Shown here piece by piece: positions 35,713 through 47,109 of a DNA stretch of 64,000 bases. The notes beneath the pieces are model-generated. The model did no database searches, was not told where the DNA came from, and saw only the letters and a program-made list of their open reading frames with translations. Both the position numbers and the translations under genes were made by a program. Location: positions 139,110 to 203,109 of the forward strand of contig CAVOMX010000012.1 of NCBI GenBank assembly GCA_963697165.1. The letters run 5' to 3'. The DNA comes from Candidatus Bathyarchaeota archaeon. Its GTDB lineage: Archaea > Thermoproteota > Bathyarchaeia > Bathyarchaeales > Bathyarchaeaceae. Positions within the stretch are counted from its first letter, which is position 1. Every line of letters starts with the position of its first letter.

Positions 35713-35976
35713 GTAACACTTCTCCCCCTGTTACTTTCTAACACCCTCATAGGATGAATTTAAAACTGTTAAGGTCTGTTCTCGTTAGCTGACAAAATTC
35801 ATAATCATCATTCATGAATGTTTGTTCATGTTTACGGTTTTTGACACCTGAAAAATGAATATTTTATGTTAATTATGCTCTTTAATTAAAAAATCTTATA
35901 AGCAACCTTTCCTTAATGGCAACAGGTTGCCGTATACCGTTATGGTATGTGGTAAAAAAACTGGAGATGAAACGAA

Positions 35977-37566
35977 ATGAATTTAAGAAGACCAAACGCA
36001 GACGAGTCAACCGGCACATTCAATCGATCCAAGAACGTTACACCCATGTCGGGAATATGTTCAAGATGCATCGATGGATGCAAAGGCGGTTGCGAAATCT
36101 GGTTATCATCATTCAGAGGCCGCGAGGTACTCTACCCTGGACCATTCGGAGAAGTAACAGCGGGAGCAGACAAAAACTATCCCGTAGACTATTCTCACCT
36201 TAACATTCAAGGCTACGCACGAGGAGCAAAAGGGCTTCCAGAAGGAGTCAAAGCGGACCCCGATACTGCCCTTTTCCCCAACGTGGACACCGAAACAGAT
36301 TACGGCTGGACCAAAAAGGTCAAGATGAGATTACCAATATTCACTGGTGCTTTGGGTTCCACAGAGATTGCCCGTAAAAACTGGGAACACTTTGCGATAG
36401 GTGCCGCAATTTCTGGCATCACGCTTGTCTGTGGCGAAAACGTTTGTGGAATCGACCCCGGACTTGTATTGGATAATATGGGAAAGATCACTAAATCGCC
36501 TGAGATGGATAGGCGAATAGAAATTTACAAGAAATACTATGAAGGCTATGGTGAGCTTCTTGTCCAAATGAATGTTGAGGACACTCGATTTGGAGTAGCA
36601 GAGTACGTATCATCAAAACATGGCTTAGACACTATTGAACTGAAGTGGGGACAGGGCGCCAAATGTATTGGTGGAGAAATCAAAGTTAATTCCTTGAAGC
36701 GTGCTGTTGAACTCAAAAAGAGAGGCTACGTTGTTTCGCCTGATCCTACTCTTAAAGAAAACCAAGTGGCCTTTGAAGAAGGAGCAATCAAAGAATTTGA
36801 GCGCCACTCCAGGTTAGGTTTTGTAACTAAAGAGGCATTCTTGGAAGAAGTTGATCGCCTCCGTGGTTTAGGATTCAAACGGGTCACCCTGAAAACGGGA
36901 GCTTACTCTGCCTTGGAGTTGGCTATGGCACTACGTTATGGTGCAGAGGCAAAACTGGACTTGCTTACGATTGATGGTGCTCCTGGCGGCACAGGTATGA
37001 GTCCTTGGCCAATGATGAACGAGTGGGGAATTCCAACATTCTATCTGCAATCTTTAACATACAAGTTCTGTGAAAAGCTTTCAAGAAAAGGCATGAGAGT
37101 TCCTGACCTTGCTATGGCTGGCGGTTTCTCATCAGAGGATGGCGTATTCAAGGCCCTAGCCATGGGCAGCCCCTATGTTAAGGCGGTGTGTATGGGAAGA
37201 GGCTTGATGATACCTGGAATGGTTGGAAAGAATATCGGAAACTGGTTAGAAGCAGATGATTTGCCAAAGTCGGTTTCAAAGTATGGCAGTCAGGTTAATG
37301 AAATCTTTGTCGCCTATTCGGAGCTTGAGGAAAAGTTTGGTGCAGACATTAAAGACATACCTTTGGGTGCTGTTGGTATCTACACTTACTGTCAAAAGTT
37401 CAAGGTTGGATTGCAGCAGTTGATGGCTGGAAGCAGAAACTTTAGGCTCTCCACAATCTCCCGCAAGGACCTCATGGCACTAACCGAAGAAGCAGCGAAA
37501 ATCTCTGGAATACCCTACGTCATGGAAGCCTACGGTGAAGATGCAAACAGAATCCTGGAAGAATAA
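35977..37566 (+). CDS. FMN-binding glutamate synthase family protein (stand-alone FMN domain)
   Basis: ELKWGQGAK, TIDGAPGGTG, MAGGFSSE and VCMGR; N-terminal CxxCxxxCxxxC. Confidence 0.92.
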   Translation: MNLRRPNADESTGTFNRSKNVTPMSGICSRCIDGCKGGCEIWLSSFRGREVLYPGPFGEVTAGADKNYPVDYSHLNIQGYARGAKGLPEGVKADPDTALFPNVDTETDYGWTKKVKMRLPIFTGALGSTEIARKNWEHFAIGAAISGITLVCGENVCGIDPGLVLDNMGKITKSPEMDRRIEIYKKYYEGYGELLVQMNVEDTRFGVAEYVSSKHGLDTIELKWGQGAKCIGGEIKVNSLKRAVELKKRGYVVSPDPTLKENQVAFEEGAIKEFERHSRLGFVTKEAFLEEVDRLRGLGFKRVTLKTGAYSALELAMALRYGAEAKLDLLTIDGAPGGTGMSPWPMMNEWGIPTFYLQSLTYKFCEKLSRKGMRVPDLAMAGGFSSEDGVFKALAMGSPYVKAVCMGRGLMIPGMVGKNIGNWLEADDLPKSVSKYGSQVNEIFVAYSELEEKFGADIKDIPLGAVGIYTYCQKFKVGLQQLMAGSRNFRLSTISRKDLMALTEEAAKISGIPYVMEAYGEDANRILEE

Positions 37567-37698
37567 GGAACTTACATTCCTTCACCCATTTTTCATTTTT
37601 CTTTTTATTTTGTTTTTTCCACTTTCTATGCATCGTTATTGAATGGTATTTCCGCAAAGAATATTACTGCTGATTCTCCCAGTTATTCAGGGATAATA

Positions 37699-38277
37699 AT
37701 GAACAGTAAATGGATCGCCGTAGTTCTGATTATTGTTGCCATTCTTGTGGTCGGGGTTGTTTTTGTAGTACTATACTACGGAACTTACAATAATCTAGTG
37801 GGTCTTGAAGTGTCAGTAGACGAAAAATGGGCTCAGGTTCAACAGGAACTCCAGAGAAGATACGATTTGATACCACGAGTTGTGAACGCCTCCAAACTTT
37901 ATATCCAATATGAAGGTTCTATCCTCCAAAACGTCACTGAGCTTAGAAGCCAATGGGCGACTGCAATGAATTCTGGAGACATAGACTATATCAATGACGC
38001 CACAGGCAAACTTGATTCGGCTGTAACTAATCTGGTTGTTGTAATTGAAAATTATCCAGAATTAAAGTCATCACAGATTGTAGAAGATTTGATAATTGAA
38101 CTTGAGGGCACAGAAAACAGAATTTCCACGGAACGCATGAGATACAATGAGGCTGTCGGAGATTATAACAGTGCGCGAAGGTCTTTTCCTGCAAACATGT
38201 GGGCAGCTGGATGGGGATTCGAAAGCAAAGCATATTTCGAGGCTAAAGTCCTGGAGCTCAGGAACCTCCGGCAGTGA
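37699..38277 (+). CDS. lemA: LemA family protein
   Basis: TM anchor, YNNLV...QRRYDLIP, ENYPELKS, ENRISTERMRYN. Confidence 0.92.
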   Translation: MNSKWIAVVLIIVAILVVGVVFVVLYYGTYNNLVGLEVSVDEKWAQVQQELQRRYDLIPRVVNASKLYIQYEGSILQNVTELRSQWATAMNSGDIDYINDATGKLDSAVTNLVVVIENYPELKSSQIVEDLIIELEGTENRISTERMRYNEAVGDYNSARRSFPANMWAAGWGFESKAYFEAKVLELRNLRQ

Positions 38278-38319
38278 CCAATAAATTAACAGATCATTAT
38301 GTAGAGGCATTCAGATGGT

Positions 38320-39109
38320 TTGTCGTACCACGCAACATTCTTTTCTCTCTTTCTATTAGTGATGATTTTTGCAATCATTTTAGGGACAATTCCCGTTGCA
38401 GTGTTGCCTGTTAATGGGCAGGTAATTTCGGAAGACTGGAAAAATGATATCGAATCTTATCTTCAACATGTTGACACGAACACCACCGCTGAGATTGTTA
38501 TCTATGTTGTCAATTCCTTTTACGGTCACGGAATCACGAATGATGGAAGCGAAATTAATGATATAGTGCAACTTGGGGTGTACATCTTCAATGAGTTGCC
38601 ATTAGATACACCCAGCGGACAAGTTGTTGGGATCGGAAAAAAGGGAAAGGATAACGGTGTTCTGGTTCTTGTTGCAGTTGAGGATAGGGAATGGAGAATC
38701 GAAGTAGGTTATGGATTAGAAGGCTACATAACAGACGTAGAATCCAAAAGGATAGCCGAAGACTATTTAGTTCCCAAGTTTCAAGAAGGCAGAATACGGG
38801 GAAGGACTAGCAAACGACGGTTATTGCCCTTGCTCTAAAGATACCGAACATCAAAGACACCGAGAGGCTGCCAACACGTGGAAAATATGTTTACGATGGT
38901 GCGAGAATTACCCACTGAGGAGGAGATTCCAGCATGGGTTATTGTGCTTATTGTCATCTTTGTAATTTGTTATGATTTCTTTTGGTGGCCGTTTAGGTGG
39001 TGGTAGATCAGGTAGGGGTTGGGGTGGTTCAGGAGGTGGTGGAAGTCGTTCGGGAGGCGGCGGAGGCGGCGGACGCTCTGGAGGAGGAGGTTCCGGCGGA
39101 AAGTGGTGA
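38320..39109 (+). CDS. TPM-domain membrane protein with Gly-rich tail (frameshifted)
   Basis: GIGKKGKDNGVLVLVAVEDREWRIEVGYGLEG; GGGRSGGGGSGGKW end; typical LemA partner. Confidence 0.88.
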
Positions 39110-39182
39110 TGCTTTAATTGTATACCTCTTTGCAGCAAAAAGAAAATAAATGTCAAAACTCAGTTAACCTATGAGTCAAATG

Positions 39183-39990
39183 TTAATCTGTAGAAACTAG
39201 TTTGATTTCGTAAAGCTTTGACCATCTTTTTCCTGTGAAAAAGAGTCTATCCTCGTTCGGGTCATAGGCGATTCCGTTGAGCACGTTGTCTCTGCTCTGG
39301 ATGTCTGTAGGATTGATGCCCGTCAAGTCAATCCATCCTGTGACTTGCCCTGTCTGGGATTTATTATTGCAATCTTGTCTTCTTTCCAGATGTTCGCGTA
39401 GATCCTTCCATTGATGTATTCAAGTTCATTAAGCCGAGTCACAGGTTCTTCGTCGTAAACTTCAATCTGATCAATAGTCTGGAATGTTTCAGGGTCAAGA
39501 AAATACAAAGTTGCTGTGCCATCACTCATTATCAATGCACTACAGTTATGCGTTATTCCCCAGCCCTTCAGTGGGGTACTCAAAGGTCTCTAATAATTCA
39601 AAGGAGCTTTTATCATAGACGAAGGCCAATGTTATTTCTCCAAGTTAACTGGATAATTTTGTCTTCGAAAATTGTGATGCCTTCTCCAAAGAGATTGTCA
39701 GATAATTTAATAACCTGTGTTACGTTGCCGGTCTCCAATTCTACGCGCCGCAACGTAGATTGACCGTAGAGTCCTGTGCTCTCGAACAAGACGCCGTCCT
39801 CAAAGATTAGTCCTTGTGTGAAAGCAGTTTCATCATGAGGATAAACGTTGACAATCTGATATGTGTAGTGATATGATTCAGGTTCTGGGTAGGTTCTATT
39901 GGACATTCGATGAATTAGTCGGATCAACTGGGTTCTTATTCAGCAAAACCAGCGTAACCGAAATGGCAGCTATTACCGTTACGATAATTA
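39183..39990 (-). CDS. Glutaminyl-peptide cyclotransferase (beta-propeller type), frameshifted
   Basis: YPHDETAFTQGL, ESTGLYG, FGEGIT, LNELEY, NVLNGIAYD. Confidence 0.9.
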
Positions 39991-39998
39991 ATCAATTG

Positions 39999-41439
39999 TT
40001 AAACGCTTCGTTGCATGAACATCTCCAGTAGCTTCTGTACCTTCCATGCTTTTAATATTTCATGTAACACAAGGTTCAGAAAATTGGAGAAAAGGGTTGC
40101 TTTTCTGCTCCTTTGCAGTCTTGTTCCCGACCGTCTAGATGATGAGCCCATTCTCCTCAAGGGAACCCCTAACCTTCCTGTAGGCTTCTGTTCTTTCTTT
40201 AGCAGTGAAGTCAGAAGTTTCAAACACAGGATACGTCCGCATCCGTGTCATCTATTGGCCAATCTAGCAGCTCTTCTTTGTCAATGTCTAGCCAGCGTCC
40301 ATTCTTTTCAGCCCAATCCCAAAACTTTGTTCCAAAAATGGGAGTCGCCATGCTTAAGTGTACGCCATCAACATTGCACATTTTCAACAAAATCTATTAT
40401 CCTATCCGCAGATTTGGAGTTGTCTCTGGGGTTTCCTATCATCAGGAGAATGTTTGCTCTGATTCCCACTTGTCGAGTCAACTTTATTGTCTGTTTCTAT
40501 CTGCTCCAGGCTCACGCCCTTTCTTATGAAGGATAAAACCTTTGGGTCTATTGACTCGACCCCAAAGTTGATTGCTGTGCATCCCGCCTTCTTCAGTTTT
40601 AATAGTAAATTTTTTGTCGCGTGGTCGGCTCGCATGCCATTCCAGAAGTAGATATCCAGTTTCCATTTCTTTGCTATTATCCCATCAAGAATCTTTTCTG
40701 CACGTTCCATGTCAACAGTGAAGTTGTCATCAAGAATACTCAAAGTGGAAACTCCATACTCTGTTATCAGATGTTCAATCTCTTTTAGAACATAATCTGG
40801 GTTATGACCGCGCCATTTTCTTCCAAAAACTGGTCGACTACAGAAGATACACTGCTGTGGGCATCCTCTCGAGGTGAATATGCTACCTGCGTTTTCGCCA
40901 TAGAGCCGCATTTTGAGTTCTTCTCTTGCAGGGAATGGAATCTGGTCCAGTGGACTGATGGGATTTGGCTGTGGGTTGCTTTTGATTTTTGTTTCTTTCC
41001 TGAAAACCAGTCCATCAACAGCATCTATGCTCTGGGTATTCTGCAAACGTTTGATTAATTCCAGAAAGTTATATTCTGCCTCGCCCACGACGGTCACGTC
41101 AACTTCGTTATGTCTAGTTAACAGGCGAGTTCCCATTATGCTTGGGTAAGGACCACCCATGACAACAAAACTTTCTGGAAGAATCATTTTTGTTTGTTTG
41201 GCAATGTCGAATGCTCTGCGAGCGTTTGTAATTATAGATGAGATTCCGATGATGCCTGGCTTCTCTTTAGTCAAGTATGTGCTAAGGCTAATTTTTTCTA
41301 TGTTTAAATCGATTATTTTTATTTCAATATTGTTTCTTTTTAACACGGCGGCTATGTAGGCTAATCCAAGGGGTGGAACCTTAAAGTGCTGACTTTCGGA
41401 TGCCGGATTAATCAGGACAACTTTCATGCCATCTAACAA
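39999..41439 (-). CDS. B12-binding radical SAM protein (3' frameshifts)
   Basis: PPLGLAYIAA, GGPYP, TSRGCPQQCIFC, GVES. Confidence 0.9.
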
Positions 41440-42051
41440 CTTGGTAGTTTTCTATATTTATTGTATTCTTAATTAAATATTGATATTTTTCATGGAACAC
41501 CTATATACAAAGACCTAAAAAACCAAATGTACATTATTCTTTTTGAGTGCTAGGTTCTTTGTGGTTAGGGCAAATAGATTTCTTTGTTATTTGTGCTTGT
41601 AATGTTAAAAACAAAACGTTACTGTGCAACTATAAATTATGTCTTTTAATTTAAATAGAAATTGCACAAATTGAAAGCTAGAATGCAATTTTTATTTTTC
41701 CCTTTTGAAAAAGTTTTAGAATCGCTAATTGCAACAGAAAAATTCCAAACCCGTATCCTGCAAAAAGCTCTTCTATCAACCTGAAAAAACAATGATTAAG
41801 AAAAACTCTGAAAATAGTTAATAATAATTTCAAAACACTCTTACATTCTGGTTCCAAGAAAGCAACATTTTCATTAATGGATTGGACTTGAACCGGAGAC
41901 ATTGAGATATCACCCGACTAATTTCCAGAAACCCCTTAACAGGGCATAAAATTATCCTTTAAAAATACCTAACTAGGTAACCCAGAATGTATTACACTAT
42001 ACTCGAAAAAAGAAAAATAATGTACAATTAACTTATTCCAACGTAATATGG

Positions 42052-42154
42052 TGGTGCCGAGGGCCGGATTTGAACAGGCGACAACTCGGTCTTCAGCTTC
42101 ACCCTCAACTTTGTGTGTTGAGTCGAGTGCTCTCCCAAGCTGAGCTACCTCGGC
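42052..42154 (-). tRNA. tRNA-Phe(GAA) with 26-nt intron at non-canonical 30/31 (42098-42123); CCA encoded
   Basis: Mature anticodon arm CTCGG CTGAAGA CCGAG; BHB helix CACT/GGTG, bulges CG|A and AA|G, inner helix CTCAAC/GTTGAG. Confidence 0.92.
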
Positions 42155-42280
42155 GACACACATCATGAATCATAACTTGTTTTTTAATCTTTTTGAAAAA
42201 CCGTTCTTTTGTCTGCTCTGAGGATGAACCATAACCTATTAACACGCAAGAAATAATCCTAAATGATGGTTGAATAAACG

Positions 42281-42715
42281 ATGAGCGATGTTTGTGTCTT
42301 CTGCAGCATAGCCTCCGGCAAAGCGCCGGCAAGCATCGTCTACGAAAATGCCACTGTATTCGCATTCATGGACATGAACCCCTCTAATGTTGGTCACACT
42401 TTAGTTATTCCCCGTTGTCATTGGGAAAATATCTATGAAGTGCCCGAAGAGATACTAGCTGATTTGGCTGTGGTGATTAAGCGGGTCAGCATTGCTGTGA
42501 AGAAGACGGTTGGCGCTGACGGAATAAGTGTTATTCAGCTTAACGGGAAGGCTGCAGGCCAGATGGTGATGCATTTTCACGTTCATGTCATACCCAGATT
42601 CAGGGGTGACTCCATCTCCAGAGCCTTGGGGGCGATGATTGGGCATCACGGATTCAGAATGCCCGAAAGAAGCGAGTTGGATGAGTCTGCGAAGAAAATA
42701 AGAGAAAACCTCTGA
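42281..42715 (+). CDS. HIT family protein
   Basis: CVFC...GHTLVIP...HFHVHVIPR. Confidence 0.95.
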   Translation: MSDVCVFCSIASGKAPASIVYENATVFAFMDMNPSNVGHTLVIPRCHWENIYEVPEEILADLAVVIKRVSIAVKKTVGADGISVIQLNGKAAGQMVMHFHVHVIPRFRGDSISRALGAMIGHHGFRMPERSELDESAKKIRENL

Positions 42716-42737
42716 CGTTGGGGTATCAATAAATTGG

Positions 42738-42832
42738 TGGTGGGCCCGGCCGGATTTGAACCGGCGATCTCTTCCGCGTGAGGGAAGCGTCTTTTGGCCT
42801 CAAATGGAGTTAACCAACTGGACCACGGGCCC
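42738..42832 (-). tRNA. tRNA-Val(CAC) with 18-nt D-loop intron at 21/22 (42793-42810); CCA encoded
   Basis: Anticodon arm CTTCC CTCACGC GGAAG; BHB helix TGGT/GCCA, bulges TA|A and AA|A, inner helix CTC/GAG. Confidence 0.93.
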
Positions 42833-43090
42833 ATTCTATGAACCTAAACGGTTGCATGATTCCTTTATATCTTTTGTAAATTCTTCTTATCTTTCATTGA
42901 TTGTTTATCTTTTGCATTTTTCAAGCTAGATACCCTGCCTAGATCTGGTTTTTTTGAGAACATCGGAAAAAAAGCTGTTTTTAACATTGTTCTGTTGGTT
43001 ATTTTAGAATATGATGGAGTTTCATGGTTTTCTGTTATTGCTGTTCATTCACCGAACAACATTTTTTGGCGTATAATGTGTATGGGTTTG

Positions 43091-43885
43091 TTATTTGATG
43101 AGTCTTTTCTTCATGAGGTTTAGGGAGAGTATAAAAAAGATAGGTGTGATTATTAGCATCCATGCTAGGTTCAGGATGATTGAAAGTTGGATGTTGCCAA
43201 GAGCTAAGGATCTGGTTACTGTTACAGCGTTGGTGAGTGGGAGAAAAATTTGTGCTACCACTTGCAGAAACTCGGGCATGGATGTTAGAGGGAAGAATGT
43301 TCCGCTTAAGAGGAACATGGGAGTTATGAAGAGATAACCGGGATAATTGAAGGCGTCAATGTTTGGGACGATGGCTGTGAAGCACATGGCTATGGATGAG
43401 AATAGGAGTCCAACAAGGAATGATACTAGAGGAATCAGAAGAAACAGTGGGGAAAGAACCAATCCAAAGGCGACTATTACTGCTAGAACTATTGATGAGT
43501 TGATGAGACTTTTGGTTGCACCCCATAGAATTTCGCCGGTTATGACTTCTTCTATGGTGACTGGCGTGGCTATTATGGCGTCAAATGTTTTCTGGTAGTA
43601 CATTCTTACAAAGGAGGCGTATGTGCATTCGTAGAATGAGGAGAACATCATTGAGACTGCGACCAGCGCCGGAGCAATAAAGTTGATGTATGTTTGTCCG
43701 TCGATTGGTTGAACAAAACCTCCGAGTCCAACACCTAAAGCGAGTAGGTAAAGGATGGGCTCCAATAGTGAGGGAATGAAATTGGTTTTGTAAGTTTTCA
43801 TGAAAACGTCTTTGTTTCGCTTCCAAACCTTCCATACTCTGTAGCTGAGTTTTGGAATTCGAAAGAGTGTAAAAGTGTTATTCAT
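43091..43885 (-). CDS. ABC-2 permease (NodJ-like)
   Basis: LLEPILYLLALG, ECTYASFVRM, PMFLLSGTFFP. Confidence 0.92.
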   Translation of the reverse strand: MNNTFTLFRIPKLSYRVWKVWKRNKDVFMKTYKTNFIPSLLEPILYLLALGVGLGGFVQPIDGQTYINFIAPALVAVSMMFSSFYECTYASFVRMYYQKTFDAIIATPVTIEEVITGEILWGATKSLINSSIVLAVIVAFGLVLSPLFLLIPLVSFLVGLLFSSIAMCFTAIVPNIDAFNYPGYLFITPMFLLSGTFFPLTSMPEFLQVVAQIFLPLTNAVTVTRSLALGNIQLSIILNLAWMLIITPIFFILSLNLMKKRLIK

Positions 43886-43887
43886 TA

Positions 43888-44817
43888 TTAGTCCCTCAAG
43901 CTTCTTCCTGCCAAGTTCAAGAATACGTCTTCAAGGTTGCTGTCTCGTATAGCTGCTCCTTTAAACGAAGTTTTCTTGAGCACTTCTGCGAAATATCCTC
44001 TGGGTTTGTTGTCGAATAAGTAAATTTTGTCGCCAACAACTTCTATTCTAGCGTCAGGAAAGGTCTCTTTCAGGCACTTCATTGCTTCTTCACTGTAGAG
44101 AACTTCAAGAACTTCTTCTCCTACATGTTTCTTAACAAGTTCTGCTGGTTCGCCTGTTTCAATGATTTTTCCGTGGTCCATGATTATTATTCTGTCGCAG
44201 AGCTGGGCTGCCTCATCCATGTAGTGGGTTGTCAGTATGACCGTGACACCTTGTTTTTTCAGGTTTCTGATTTTGGTCCATATAAGGTGGCGGGCCTGCG
44301 GGTCTAGACCTGTTGTGGGTTCATCTAGAATTAGTATCTGGGGGTCATTCATCAAGGCTCTGGCGAGGATTAGTCTGCGTCTCATGCCTCCAGAGAGAGA
44401 CGTTATTATGACGTCTTTTTTTTGGGTTAACTGCAGAAAGGTTAGGAGATCTTCTGCTTTTGTTTTTGCTTTTTCTTTTGGAATGTCAAAGTATCTAGCG
44501 TAAAATATGAGATTCTGGAAAACTGTGAAGTCGGGGTCCAGATTGTCTTCTTGGGGGGCAACACCGACCATGCTTTTTATTCTTCTGCCATGTTCTGTAA
44601 CATCCATTCCCGCCAGAGTTAGTTTTCCCTCGGTTATGGGAGAGACGCTTTGGATCATTCTCATTGTCGTGGTTTTTCCGGCGCCATTGGGTCCAAGGAA
44701 TCCGAAATTTTCGCCCTTGAAGATTTCGAAATTGACTCCGTCTACTGCAACGAGGTCGCCAAACTTTTTGGTTAGCTTCTCTGCTTTGACCAGAATCTCT
44801 CGCTCCATGAACGCCAA
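43888..44817 (-). CDS. ABC transporter ATP-binding protein (NodI-like)
   Basis: GPNGAGKT, LSGGM, LDEPTTGLDP. Confidence 0.95.
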   Translation of the reverse strand: MAFMEREILVKAEKLTKKFGDLVAVDGVNFEIFKGENFGFLGPNGAGKTTTMRMIQSVSPITEGKLTLAGMDVTEHGRRIKSMVGVAPQEDNLDPDFTVFQNLIFYARYFDIPKEKAKTKAEDLLTFLQLTQKKDVIITSLSGGMRRRLILARALMNDPQILILDEPTTGLDPQARHLIWTKIRNLKKQGVTVILTTHYMDEAAQLCDRIIIMDHGKIIETGEPAELVKKHVGEEVLEVLYSEEAMKCLKETFPDARIEVVGDKIYLFDNKPRGYFAEVLKKTSFKGAAIRDSNLEDVFLNLAGRSLRD

Positions 44818-45023
44818 CTCCTTCTATTATAGTCTGTTAATATTTTAGAGGATTAATAAAATATAACAAATTATCAGGTAACTTAATTTATTTTCTTTAC
44901 AATCTGGACATTCAAACAAGCAATCTCCCCCAGTTATCTATGCCTCTACAGGTAGATCTGCCTTTGGACAACCCATATCGTTCACACTAAAACAAAAAAC
45001 AGCAACTATTGTATTCCAAAAAT

Positions 45024-45272
45024 TTATGATTCACTCTTTAGCGCCGCCACCTTTTTCTCCAGCGCCATGATTTCGTCAAACAAAACCCGCTTCTGCTCCT
45101 TCTGCTCTTCCCGGGATTTCTCTAGTTCCATCTGAAGCTTCATCCTCTCTCGTTGTAGCTGTGCAATCTGCTCCTGAAAATGGCTAAACGATTGAATAAC
45201 CGTATTCATGCATGACTCGCACGCAAGTAACCTATTCTCTTTTAGTTCCTTCGAAACATCAACGCCAGACAT
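45024..45272 (-). CDS. Small coiled-coil hypothetical protein
   Basis: ATG ORF with heptad-like pattern. Confidence 0.5.
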   Translation of the reverse strand: MSGVDVSKELKENRLLACESCMNTVIQSFSHFQEQIAQLQRERMKLQMELEKSREEQKEQKRVLFDEIMALEKKVAALKSES

Positions 45273-45333
45273 CCAAAGACCACAACCATACCCTTGTGTA
45301 GTATAGAGTAAAATTGTTTTCCATAACTAATAT

Positions 45334-45594
45334 GGTATGTCGGACATGATTTGAACCGGTGACCTTCCACACATCAAGCGTTCAGTCTGTCCTTAGAGTT
45401 TTTTTGGGGTTTGAGATTGTGAATTTGCAGAGATAAGAGAAAACAGCTAATAAAAAGTATACTGTATTTGCAGATTCTTTAACGAAGTTAATCCTGGAAA
45501 GGTTAGGATTGAGTCTGTTCACCATTATCTAGGAGATTTGAATAGTTCAAGCTATGTCTACAAGAATGTTCTTGGTGCTTTGAAGGTTTTTTAA
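45334..45594 (+). pseudogene. Tyrosine integrase relic (N-terminal part) reading out of the att repeat
   Basis: FEPVTF...FEIVNLQR*EKTA...HYLGDL...YKNVLGALKVF*, resembling the start of the 55 kb integrase. Confidence 0.55.
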
Positions 45595-45867
45595 ATGCAT
45601 GCAAGTTGGGCTGGTGTGGTTGGGTCCACGTCGCTGAACACGAAGTTCGCCACAGAGTTGGTAAATCTCCTGACGAAAAGAGAATGGGTTTTTCTCCGAG
45701 TCCCAACCATCCAACTTGAAATGTCAAATTCATATATAGCAATTTAAAGTTTTTCGTTTTGCGAGCAGACTTAGGTTATCTTTAATCCAGAAACATTAAT
45801 TAAACAACTGATTTTTTTGTGCACCAATTAAAGAAACATAAACCACCTGAAATAGATTTGCACGTTT

Positions 45868-46275
45868 TCATGATTTTCTTTCAAAACACTCTTTTAATGG
45901 TTCCCAGTAGAAGTCGATCCACCCTTGCCTTAGATCAGCCTCTTGGGTGATTGGGACATCCGAATGTAACATTGTGATTTCTGTTTTATCTTCTAACTCT
46001 TTAAATGACAACTCTAATCTCGAGGGAGGAAAATCTTGAGGCCAGTCAGTTGTAACCCAATTTTGGACAATTTTTTTGCCTTCTACAAGTTCAAGATTCT
46101 TACCATGTATATATCCGTCCCAAACTGTAAACTTAGTACCTATATTCGGGTTTCCAGTAGCTTTACTTCCCGTGAACTCGGAGTGTTTATTTGGATCTAT
46201 TAAAGCTTCATAAACTTCTTTGGGTGAAGCATTGACAATGACCTTTTGAATTATTGTAGATTTTTTAATTGCCAT
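45868..46275 (-). CDS. SRPBCC/AHSA1-domain protein
   Basis: ASPKEVYEAL...KKIVQNW...GWIDFYWEPLK. Confidence 0.88.
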   Translation of the reverse strand: MAIKKSTIIQKVIVNASPKEVYEALIDPNKHSEFTGSKATGNPNIGTKFTVWDGYIHGKNLELVEGKKIVQNWVTTDWPQDFPPSRLELSFKELEDKTEITMLHSDVPITQEADLRQGWIDFYWEPLKECFERKS

Positions 46276-46336
46276 TGAGACATCAACAATTTGGATGGAT
46301 TTTTATTGGGTGAAGAGAATTCAAATTTGATCATGT

Positions 46337-46690
46337 TTAGCTTGATCTGTCGAGATAAACCGAACCGTCGTCTGGAGGTTGATAAGCTGCTTTTTTTGCT
46401 TTTTTCATGGCTTCCACACCTTCTTCCCATGTCAAAAGTGGAGTGGTTTTAATTCTTTTGAACACTCCACTTGCTAGGAGAGCCATAGAAAGGGATGAGG
46501 CTGATACGTTATCGGGCATGTCAAGAATTGCCATTGAGTCATACTTACCAAATGATAAATAAGCACATTCTATGCTTCCTCCAAGGGTCTTTACGATTGG
46601 ACCTGCAATTTCCAGGCGGTCTTGAGGCTCCCTTACCAAAGCAGTCCAAGCCTTGATTTGATATTCAATTTGAACTAAATATTTTGGCAT
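46337..46690 (-). CDS. GYD-domain protein
   Basis: MPKYL...LGGSIECAYLSFGKYD...TTPLL. Confidence 0.85.
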   Translation of the reverse strand: MPKYLVQIEYQIKAWTALVREPQDRLEIAGPIVKTLGGSIECAYLSFGKYDSMAILDMPDNVSASSLSMALLASGVFKRIKTTPLLTWEEGVEAMKKAKKAAYQPPDDGSVYLDRSS

Positions 46691-46890
46691 CTTTACAACC
46701 CCCGTCTATTACTAATTTTTGCAAATTTTATCCCCTAATTAGAACGTTCGCAAAACTATGTAAACTTTTTCAATCGAGTTTCATGTATGTGACCGATATG
46801 GATGGGCTAAAGCTGTTCCGCAAAAGGAAATAACTTGCCTATTTCTCTTCTTTTAGGATTCCCGCAGTGGAAATGCTAATATTCTAATTC

Positions 46891-47109
46891 TTGAGTAGTT
46901 CATTTGGGGAGAAAATGAGTATTCCTAATTGGACAATTGGACTCATTTTAGCTATCTCAATGATTATTATTTGGTCTCAAGTAATATGGGGTGCAGTTTC
47001 CTATACAGACGCATTGCTGCTAACGGCAATTCTTTTTATTCTTGCCTTTGTTTTACGTAGCCTTATGTTTTATGTTCTAATGATGACCAGTAATAGATTG
47101 AAAGATTAA
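46891..47109 (+). CDS. Small two-TM membrane protein
   Basis: Two hydrophobic segments; followed by a T-tract. Confidence 0.5.
   Translation: MSSSFGEKMSIPNWTIGLILAISMIIIWSQVIWGAVSYTDALLLTAILFILAFVLRSLMFYVLMMTSNRLKD

Noticed and set aside
42049..42741. Encoded CCACCA after tRNA-Phe and tRNA-Val(CAC), and a T-stem mismatch in tRNA-Phe
   Set aside because: The trailer would be trimmed during processing, and a single mismatch may be a basecall error; no support for function
45334..45379. Possible split-tRNA 3' half
   Set aside because: Acceptor and T stems are degenerate, no complementary leader is present, and an intact tRNA-Val(GAC) lies nearby; better explained as an att site
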